From positions 120,001-152,000 of the forward strand of contig CP061211.1 in the NCBI GenBank assembly GCA_026016245.1: a DNA stretch of 32,000 nucleotides, written 5' to 3'. The number at the start of each line of letters is the position of its first letter. The first letter of the stretch is position 1. The translations under genes and the position numbers were made by a program. Of this stretch, positions 25,476 to 32,000 are shown in pieces. The notes beneath the pieces are model-generated. The model worked only from the letters and a program-made list of their open reading frames with translations, ran no database searches and was not told the origin of the DNA. Origin of the DNA: Candidatus Pacearchaeota archaeon (lineage in GTDB: Archaea > Nanobdellota > Nanobdellia > Pacearchaeales > UBA284).

Positions 25476-26978
25476 ATGGCAAAGAAATTTTATATAACGA
25501 CAGCAATAGACTATGTGAATGATGAGCCTCATATTGGCCATGCCTATCAAAAAATCATAGCTGATGTTCTTGCAAGATGGCATAGAATTATAGATGATAA
25601 AGTTTTTTTTCTAACAGGTACTGATGAGCATGGGCAGAAGATTGCAAGAAGTGCCTCTGAAAAGGAAAAGGAGCCAAAAGAATTCTGCGATGTTATGTCT
25701 AAAAAATTTAAAGAGGCATGGAAAGCCCTAAATATAGAATATGATAAGTTTATCAGAACAACAGACTCAGATCATGAAAAATTTGCTCAAGAATTCATTA
25801 AAAAAGTAGATAAGAAGGGAGATATCTACAAAGGAAAATATGAAGGATTATATTGTGTTTCTTGTGAGGCTTTTTATACAGAGAAAGATCTTGTTGATGG
25901 AAAATGTCCCATTCACAAAAAACCTGTTGAAGAAGTAAGTGAGGAAACTTATTTTTTTAAATTAAGTAAATACAAAGAAAAACTTCTTGAGCATTATAAA
26001 AAAAATCCTATTTTTATTTTGCCAGAATCAAGGAGAAATGAAATTATAAATAGGGTTAAGGAAGAACTGAAAGATTTAAGCATAACAAGAACAACCCTTA
26101 AATGGGGAATCTCTTTTCCACTTGATAAAAAACATGTTATTTATGTTTGGTTTGAAGCTCTGTTGAATTATCTTTCAGGAGTCCAGGGAAAAGATTTTTG
26201 GCCAGCTGATGTTCATGTTCTTGGAAAAGATAATGGGTGGTTTCATGCTGTAATATGGCCAGCAATGCTACTTTCAGCTGGTTATGAGTTGCCTAAAACT
26301 GTTTTTGTTCACGGTTTCTTGACATTTAATGGAGAAAAGATAAGTAAGAGTTTGGGTAATGTTATCTCTCCTAAAGTCCTTGTTAAAAAATATGGGGCTG
26401 ATAGTGTGAGATATTTCTGCTTGAGGCAGATCCCTTTTGCAGAAGGAAGAGATGGTGATTTCAATGAGAAGGCTTTGATAGAAAGACATAACAATGAATT
26501 AGCAGATAAGTTGGGTAATCTAATTTCAAGAGTCAGTGCATTAACAGAAAAATATGGATTAGAAAAAGAAGAAAATAAACTTCTTAAGGATTTAAAACTC
26601 CTAGAAATTGAAAAATATGTTGAAAATTTTGAATTTGATAAAGCCTTAAATGAAATTTTTTCTTTTATAGATAAGTGTAATGCATATGTGCAGAAAAAAC
26701 AGCCTTGGAAGACAGGAGACAAGAAAGTTTTGTATGAGCTAGTTGATTCAATTAAAGCTATTGCAATCTTATTATGGCCTTTTATTCCTGAAACAAGTGA
26801 GAAGATATCTAAAACCTTGGGTTTTGAGATTAAATCTTTAGGACAGATTAAAGAATCTCTTGAAGTAAAAAAAATTAAAAAGAGTGAAATTCTATTTAAA
26901 AAAATAGGTTTAGAAGATGGATTAAAGAAGGGTTTGAAAAGAGGAGAATTAAAAAAAGGCCTTAGAAATGGATTATAA
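25476..26978 (+). CDS. metG: methionyl-tRNA synthetase, bacterial-type catalytic core
   Basis: YVNDEPHIGHAYQKIIADVLARWHR, FLTGTDEHGQK, YCVSCEAFYTEKDLVDGKCPIH zinc knuckle, KISKSLGNVISP, KKPW. Confidence 0.95.
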   Translation: MAKKFYITTAIDYVNDEPHIGHAYQKIIADVLARWHRIIDDKVFFLTGTDEHGQKIARSASEKEKEPKEFCDVMSKKFKEAWKALNIEYDKFIRTTDSDHEKFAQEFIKKVDKKGDIYKGKYEGLYCVSCEAFYTEKDLVDGKCPIHKKPVEEVSEETYFFKLSKYKEKLLEHYKKNPIFILPESRRNEIINRVKEELKDLSITRTTLKWGISFPLDKKHVIYVWFEALLNYLSGVQGKDFWPADVHVLGKDNGWFHAVIWPAMLLSAGYELPKTVFVHGFLTFNGEKISKSLGNVISPKVLVKKYGADSVRYFCLRQIPFAEGRDGDFNEKALIERHNNELADKLGNLISRVSALTEKYGLEKEENKLLKDLKLLEIEKYVENFEFDKALNEIFSFIDKCNAYVQKKQPWKTGDKKVLYELVDSIKAIAILLWPFIPETSEKISKTLGFEIKSLGQIKESLEVKKIKKSEILFKKIGLEDGLKKGLKRGELKKGLRNGL

Positions 26979-26983
26979 TAAAA

Positions 26984-27319
26984 ATGACTGAAACAATACC
27001 ATTCAAAGAATGGCAAAAACTTAACTTGAGAATTGGAAAAATTCTTGATGTGAAAGACCATCCAAATGCAGAAAAACTTTATTTGCTTGATGTTGACTTA
27101 GGAACTGAAAAAAGAACTCTTGTAGCTGGTCTAAAGCAATACTACAAACCAGAAGAGTTGAAAGGTAAGCAGTGCGTGATATTCACAAATTTAGAACCAG
27201 CGACTATCAGAGGAATTAAGAGCGAAGGTATGATACTGGCTGCTGTCAGTAAAGACAAGAGCAAAGTTATTTTAATTAGCCCTGAGAAAGAGGTTGATTT
27301 GGGAAGTAAGGTTGAGTAG
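26984..27319 (+). CDS. stand-alone MetRS C-terminal / EMAP-II-like tRNA-binding OB domain
   Basis: LRIGKILDVKDHPNAEKLYLLDVDLGTEKRTLVAGLKQYYKPEELKGKQCVIFTNLEPATIRGIKSEGMILAA. Confidence 0.9.
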   Translation: MTETIPFKEWQKLNLRIGKILDVKDHPNAEKLYLLDVDLGTEKRTLVAGLKQYYKPEELKGKQCVIFTNLEPATIRGIKSEGMILAAVSKDKSKVILISPEKEVDLGSKVE

Positions 27320-27464
27320 GTTTATAATCTGGATGCTTTTTACAATTGATATCATAACCATCACAACTTATACAGTTTAATTTCTGCTTATTAACATCAT
27401 CTTCAGTTATAGAACCATTATCTAAACCTATTCTCCATATGCATTTTTCTATTCCATTTTTCAT
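27276..27464 (-). CDS. small Cys-containing hypothetical protein
   Basis: 62 aa; CISCDGYDINC; convergent and partly overlapping the upstream gene end. Confidence 0.35.
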   Translation of the reverse strand: MKNGIEKCIWRIGLDNGSITEDDVNKQKLNCISCDGYDINCKKHPDYKPTQPYFPNQPLSQG

Positions 27465-27472
27465 TTTAGTGA

Positions 27473-27545
27473 TGGGCCTGCTCGGAATTGAACCGAGGAT
27501 CTTTGCTGTGTGAGAGCAACGTCCTAACCATTAGACCACAGGCCC
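27473..27545 (-). tRNA. tRNA-Val(CAC)
   Basis: GGGCCTG TG GTCTAATGGTTAGGAC G TTGCT-CTCACAC-AGCAA AGATC CTCGG-TTCAATT-CCGAG CAGGCCC A; full 73-nt cloverleaf. Confidence 0.9.
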
Positions 27546-27583
27546 TGTTACGATTAGATATAGAGAATTTAAAAATTATATGA

Positions 27584-28318
27584 TTATCCTTTGTAGATTA
27601 TTATATTGCCTCTTCCTCTCTTGATTTTTTTAACCTTGCCTTGGTCTTCAAGGTCTGCTATCACAAGACTTGCTTTTGCTTCACTTATTCCTAATTCCTT
27701 TCTTATAGCTTTTTGCGTGACTCTTTTTTCACGCTTGAGTATTTTTAATACTGCTGTCATAACTTCATCACCTACAGGTTTTATTTTTTCTTTAACTTTT
27801 CTTTTTTTCTTTCTTTTTTTAATCTTTTTTTTGCTTTTTGATTTTCTGGATATAAGATAGATAATAAATCCTATAATTGTGATTGCAATAATTATTCCTA
27901 TAATCAACCAGATATTAACTTTTGATCTTTCTTTTAACAAATCTTCAATCATCTTAAGTTCTGATTCATCAAATTCAAGCTCTTCTATGTCTAGAGTTTC
28001 AAACAAAATCAAATCAAGGACAAAATTACCTTCTGCTGGTAAAGTAATTGTTTCTTTATCATAAAGTAAAATACCTTGAGTTGAGTAAAAAGCTTCAATT
28101 TCATAAGTACCTTCAGGAACAGTGAAAGAATATGTACCATCATGAGCAACAATGCTTTGTTTTGGGGTGCTATTTATTTCTACTATAGTTTTTATTGCCA
28201 ACTCAAGATCAGGGCCATAGATACTGCCGTAAACAGTCGCAGCTTGAGCTTGTGTTAACAGAATTGTGAATAGAAAAATGAATGCAATTATTCCTATCAT
28301 TCCCTTAGCCTTTATCAT
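27584..28318 (-). CDS. membrane-anchored protein: exported beta-rich domain, TM helix, basic linker, C-terminal winged-helix DNA-binding domain
   Basis: Signal peptide MIKAKGMIGIIAFIFLFTILLTQAQA; TM VNIWLIIGIIIAITIIGFIIYLI; KKKIKKRKKKRKVK; ILKREKRVTQKAIRKELGISEAKASLVIADLEDQGKVKKIKRGRGNIIIY. Confidence 0.75.
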   Translation of the reverse strand: MIKAKGMIGIIAFIFLFTILLTQAQAATVYGSIYGPDLELAIKTIVEINSTPKQSIVAHDGTYSFTVPEGTYEIEAFYSTQGILLYDKETITLPAEGNFVLDLILFETLDIEELEFDESELKMIEDLLKERSKVNIWLIIGIIIAITIIGFIIYLISRKSKSKKKIKKRKKKRKVKEKIKPVGDEVMTAVLKILKREKRVTQKAIRKELGISEAKASLVIADLEDQGKVKKIKRGRGNIIIYKG

Positions 28319-28445
28319 AACATTAAAAATCGATGATGCTTTAAAAACTTTACCAAATTTTGTGGATATAAAGCTTAAAAAAGCATTTTTTAAGTTTCTT
28401 CTGAAAGTTTATTTATAAATTAAATAAATTATACAAAATTGTGAA

Positions 28446-28471
28446 AAAGCTGGCTAGCCAGTGCCGGCTTT
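28446..28471 (+). promoter_or_regulatory. leader hairpin with mutually exclusive alternative palindrome
   Basis: AAAGCTGGC (28446-28454) / GCCGGCTTT (28463-28471), 9-bp stem with one U-G pair; overlaps perfect palindrome CTGGCTAGCCAG (28450-28461). Confidence 0.5.
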
Positions 28472-28481
28472 CATAGTTAAA

Positions 28482-28949
28482 ATGGAACAAAACATAATAA
28501 CACCCCCATACGAAAAAGAATATCTAGATATAACAGATTTAGAATATCCAGATATAACAGATTTTGGTATCCCGATGCCTTCAAAACCTTATGAATCAGT
28601 AGAGCTTAGAGTACTTGGTAGAGAAAAGAAGATATCTCTCTTAGAAACATTCGTGAATATAGAAAAAAGATTTAGTGGATTTGTTTGGTTTAGAGAGAAT
28701 GAAAAAAACGGAAGAAAAGTGACTTTACAATGTGTGAATGGTTATGTGTATGATATTAGAGAAGAAAGTAAAAGTGTAGTGGATGATTCTGAAAACGGGG
28801 CTAGAATTTATGAAGCACTTGAATACCCAATTTTTGGATATATCAAAAAAAATAACAAGTATGAGGGAGCCCCCAAACTAAAACCAGGTCTTCATTTAGC
28901 AAGCGTGGTAAGTAAATTAAAAAAGGCATTAGAATTTGATAAACTTTAA
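28482..28949 (+). CDS. hypothetical protein
   Basis: ORF from GTG at 28461; internal ATG at 28482 more plausible. Confidence 0.6.
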   Translation: MEQNIITPPYEKEYLDITDLEYPDITDFGIPMPSKPYESVELRVLGREKKISLLETFVNIEKRFSGFVWFRENEKNGRKVTLQCVNGYVYDIREESKSVVDDSENGARIYEALEYPIFGYIKKNNKYEGAPKLKPGLHLASVVSKLKKALEFDKL

Positions 28950-28969
28950 GGGATTGGGAGAAAATTAAA

Positions 28970-29770
28970 ATGGAAATAGATGAAATAAATCAAGAAGCAA
29001 TAAATTTAGATGAACTTTTAGGGAAAGGGGAGATTAAGAAAGAAGAGATAGATAGGCAGATTCAAGAAATGGAGAAAGAACCACAAAGAATTTTTTACAA
29101 ACATGAAAATTTGGATGAAATTGAAAAGAGTGTTGAATCTGAAGAAGAGGATCCTACTTGGGGAGGACCAGTAATCCAAAAACCAAAAAAAGAACTAGAA
29201 AGAATAATGTTTTGGTTTTCTGATAAGTTAAAAGTTGAGGATCATGAATTCGAGGCTCTGAGAAGATTGTTTAGATATAAGGGGGTGGGTACATTTCTGA
29301 TTTATAAACGAGAGATATGTGATAGTTTTTCAAAAATATACAAAAGAAAACCAGAAGAAAAAATCCCTATTGCTGTACTTGGTGATCAAGATATCCTTAG
29401 TGAACAAGAGATTTATAATTTTTTAAATGAAAAAGATAATGAAGCAATTTATGTGCTCTTGAAATATGAGAATCCTAGACAATTTCTGAGAGAATTTAAT
29501 AGATATTATCAAAAAACAGGTATTGAGATAAGAGTTAAGAGTATTAGAGAGGAAAGAAGATGTGAGGGTAATTTTGAGGAGGAAAATAAAAAGATAAGAG
29601 AAGAGATAGAATTAATTGGTGATAAGAGTATTATTGACCTTGATAAAACTAAAAAAAAGCCAAAAAAAGATTTTGTTGAAGAAATTCTAAATGAAAATGT
29701 TAGTGAGATTGAAGATATATTTGGAGATAAAAAAAGTAAATCAGATTCAGATAGAGTGAATTATATTTAA
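28970..29770 (+). CDS. hypothetical acidic/charged cytoplasmic protein
   Basis: Intact 266 aa ORF, same-strand cluster. Confidence 0.6.
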   Translation: MEIDEINQEAINLDELLGKGEIKKEEIDRQIQEMEKEPQRIFYKHENLDEIEKSVESEEEDPTWGGPVIQKPKKELERIMFWFSDKLKVEDHEFEALRRLFRYKGVGTFLIYKREICDSFSKIYKRKPEEKIPIAVLGDQDILSEQEIYNFLNEKDNEAIYVLLKYENPRQFLREFNRYYQKTGIEIRVKSIREERRCEGNFEEENKKIREEIELIGDKSIIDLDKTKKKPKKDFVEEILNENVSEIEDIFGDKKSKSDSDRVNYI

Positions 29771-29771
29771 A

Positions 29772-30773
29772 ATGGTAGATGAAAAGAAAGAGACAAGTAG
29801 ACCAAATATCCCTGGATTTCAAACAGAAGAAGAGTTATTAGCAGAGATGCTTGGTGGTGCAAATGTTAAGAGACATACAGTGACACGTTATGAAAAGAAA
29901 ATTCCTATGAGCAGGGAACAAATAGAGAGTCTAAATTTAGCAGCTTCTAAATTAAGTAAATTATGGCCAGGATATGAAATAGAGACTTCTTTTCGCGATT
30001 CAGTTAATGTAAGTACTGGCTATGGAATGAGTGAAGTAGTACCTGCCACTTCCTACTTTACTAAATGGAAGGGAAAGCTGACCCAAGATAAATTAAGCAT
30101 TGGTTATAATGAAGAAAAAAATATTGGAGCTATAAAATTTGAAGCTGATGGTAACAGAGAAATAAGAGATACAGGAGTTTATTATTTATCCAATGTCATA
30201 AATCTTATTGTTTTTAAAGGACGTAGGTTGGATGAGTCTAATTTGGATAGGTATACAAATCCCCTCATAAAAGAAGCTTTAGAAATTTTAAGAAAAGATC
30301 TTGAACCAGTAAGGACAAACAGAACAATTCAACAAGTAATAGAAAATACAAAAATAGATGAGCCTGAGAGATTAAAGTGCGAACCTAAAAAATTTGATTT
30401 TTTGGGGGAACTAGGAGACTTGGTTGGATATATGGATAATCTTGTTGCAGAGAAAGGTGGGTTTGCTGGCATGAGCATAGTTGATCAGCAATATGAGGCT
30501 CCTGACAACAAGAATGCTGGAGAAATTATTATTAAAAAGAGATCTGAAATTTCAGATTTTGTTGATAAGTATCAATTAAGTGAGTTAGGTGCAATAGCCA
30601 AAGGAGCGATCATTATTAATGCTCTTCTTGAAAGCAGGATAGATGAAGCTCTAGCTCTTGCTAAGTATCTTCCTGATAACTATAAAGAAAAAGTTTATTC
30701 AATTGTTGAGGATATCCAACAGAATTATTCTCAAAATAATAAATTAAATCAAAACAACTTGAAAGGGGGTTAA
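29772..30773 (+). CDS. hypothetical protein
   Basis: Intact 333 aa ORF starting 1 nt after the preceding stop. Confidence 0.65.
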   Translation: MVDEKKETSRPNIPGFQTEEELLAEMLGGANVKRHTVTRYEKKIPMSREQIESLNLAASKLSKLWPGYEIETSFRDSVNVSTGYGMSEVVPATSYFTKWKGKLTQDKLSIGYNEEKNIGAIKFEADGNREIRDTGVYYLSNVINLIVFKGRRLDESNLDRYTNPLIKEALEILRKDLEPVRTNRTIQQVIENTKIDEPERLKCEPKKFDFLGELGDLVGYMDNLVAEKGGFAGMSIVDQQYEAPDNKNAGEIIIKKRSEISDFVDKYQLSELGAIAKGAIIINALLESRIDEALALAKYLPDNYKEKVYSIVEDIQQNYSQNNKLNQNNLKGG

Positions 30774-30776
30774 AAA

Positions 30777-31664
30777 ATGAAATTTATAGCTTTATTAATG
30801 GCCCTTGTTTTAGTAATTGCAATGCTTCCTTCAACTTTTGCTGTTGGAGTAAAGCCTATATGGACAACTGAAAGTGTTAAAAGTATAAGAGAGAAATTTA
30901 CAGAGCAGAGCACTTTTAGAGAACAAATCAAGCAGCAGATTCAGGATTGTAAAGACAGGGAGGATGAAGAGTGTATGGCTATAAAAGAGGCTGCTCAACA
31001 ACTTACAAAAAATATTCTTTTGAGAGTATGTTCAAGAAGTGAGGATATTTTTGAGAGGTTTGAAGATAGGATAGAGAAGGATCCAAAACTGACTGAGGAA
31101 GAGAAAGATGTATTGAAAGAATCTCTACAGAACCAGAAAGACCAATTAGAAGAGATCTGCGAAGATATTGAAGATGCAGATGAAGAAAGACTTAAGGAAA
31201 TTGTTGCAGAGATTAGGGCCTTGATAAAAGGAACTCATCTGAAATTTAGGATTGCAAGAAAACTTGTCCTTTTGCATAGAATGGGCTTGATTATTGAGAG
31301 GGCTGAACATCTTGAAACAAAACTAGATGATTTTATAGAGAAATGGAATTGTACAAATACAACCAACATAGATCCTCTTGTAGAACAATTTAACAGCCAG
31401 ATAGCAGAGGCAAGAGAATCTTATAATGAAAGCAGAGATTTATGGGGCCAGTTTATAGAAACTGTACAAAATCATGAACCAGACACTGAAATACTTAGAG
31501 AAGCTCAGTCAAAGATGCAAGAAGCTCAGTCAAAGCTAAAAGAAGCTCATAAAACTCTTAAAGAAATAATTCAGGAATTAAGAAAGTGTAGAGAAGCTAG
31601 TGGAGAGGAAGAAGAGCCTGAAGAAGAACCAGAGGAAGAGGAAGAAGAGGAGCCAGAAGAGTAA
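30777..31664 (+). CDS. secreted coiled-coil protein with Glu/Pro-rich tail
   Basis: Signal peptide MKFIALLMALVLVIAMLPSTFA; long charged helical repeats; C-terminal EEEPEEEPEEEEEEEPEE. Confidence 0.7.
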   Translation: MKFIALLMALVLVIAMLPSTFAVGVKPIWTTESVKSIREKFTEQSTFREQIKQQIQDCKDREDEECMAIKEAAQQLTKNILLRVCSRSEDIFERFEDRIEKDPKLTEEEKDVLKESLQNQKDQLEEICEDIEDADEERLKEIVAEIRALIKGTHLKFRIARKLVLLHRMGLIIERAEHLETKLDDFIEKWNCTNTTNIDPLVEQFNSQIAEARESYNESRDLWGQFIETVQNHEPDTEILREAQSKMQEAQSKLKEAHKTLKEIIQELRKCREASGEEEEPEEEPEEEEEEEPEE

Positions 31665-31672
31665 ATAAGAAA

Positions 31673-31882
31673 ATGGAATCAAGAATACTTATGATAGTTT
31701 TAGTTATTATGCTCCTCTTGACACTTTTTCTTGTTTCAGGTGCTGGTTGTGGTGAAGAAGAAGTCAGTGCAGAAAGTCTAGATTCAGAATTAAGTGATTT
31801 GGAAAGCATGAGTCAGGCTCTTAATGATTTGGAGTTTGATATGAATGAATCAGAGTTAGATGATTTAGAAGGGATTATCTAA
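31673..31882 (+). CDS. small lipoprotein-like/TM-anchored acidic peptide
   Basis: MESRILMIVLVIMLLLTLFLVSGAGC followed by an acidic 44-residue tail. Confidence 0.6.
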   Translation: MESRILMIVLVIMLLLTLFLVSGAGCGEEEVSAESLDSELSDLESMSQALNDLEFDMNESELDDLEGII

Positions 31883-32000
31883 TCTCTTTCTTTTTATTTT
31901 TATAAATACCCTCAACTATCCCTTCTGCGAATTTTTTTGAATCTTTTGGGGTTGAGTCATAAAAAGAAATTTTATATTCATGAGGAATTTCACTTAATAT

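Noticed and set aside
26309-27061. 250 aa minus-strand ORF
   Set aside because: Fully antisense to metG and the start of its tRNA-binding partner; the coding signal belongs to the plus-strand genes.
31597-31809. 70 aa minus-strand ORF
   Set aside because: Antisense to the Glu-rich tail and lipoprotein-like gene; Leu/Pro low complexity.
1-32000. CRISPR array, rRNA genes, inteins
   Set aside because: No regularly spaced direct repeats with unique spacers, no rRNA-like segments, and MCM and other usual intein hosts look uninterrupted.

Overview
This is an AT-rich archaeal chromosomal window. A DPANN-like (Woesearchaeota/Pacearchaeota-type) origin is my inference from gene content: MCM, TBP, TFE, NreA, RPA-like OB-fold protein, intron-containing tRNA, and many small lineage-specific ORFs. 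Recognisable housekeeping blocks are: NreA, a ZIP transporter and a mini-ferritin; a MinD/ferredoxin ATPase pair with NifX-like, zinc-ribbon, DUF134-like and DUF5320-like genes; an MCM/MazG/RPA block; TBP, rhomboid and TFE; and a bacterial-type MetRS with a separate tRNA-binding domain. The most unusual part is a compact accessory block at about 17.5-23.4 kb, ending at the 3' end of an intron-containing tRNA-Gly(CCC). It has four parts: (a) a two-gene module (62 aa plus 211 aa with an HYT motif); (b) a minus-strand run AbrB-like regulator (59 aa, absent from the ORF track), 76 aa protein, DDE transposase-like protein and N6-adenine methyltransferase, with the last two only 3 nt apart; (c) a divergent wHTH-like gene plus a 371-374 aa unknown protein; (d) a small HExxH protein. 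The AbrB-like gene has three exact TAACGTTA palindromes at an 11-bp period between its TATA-like box and start codon. Other items are a pair of near-identical ATATGAAT-N4-ATTCATT dyads upstream of the redox/DUF5320 cluster, degenerate Fe-S and zinc sites in a MinD-type ATPase and in TFE, a leader hairpin with two alternative folds upstream of an unexplained five-gene operon, and an unusual basic-tailed TBP/TFE neighbourhood. All calls come from reading the sequence; no database searches were run.
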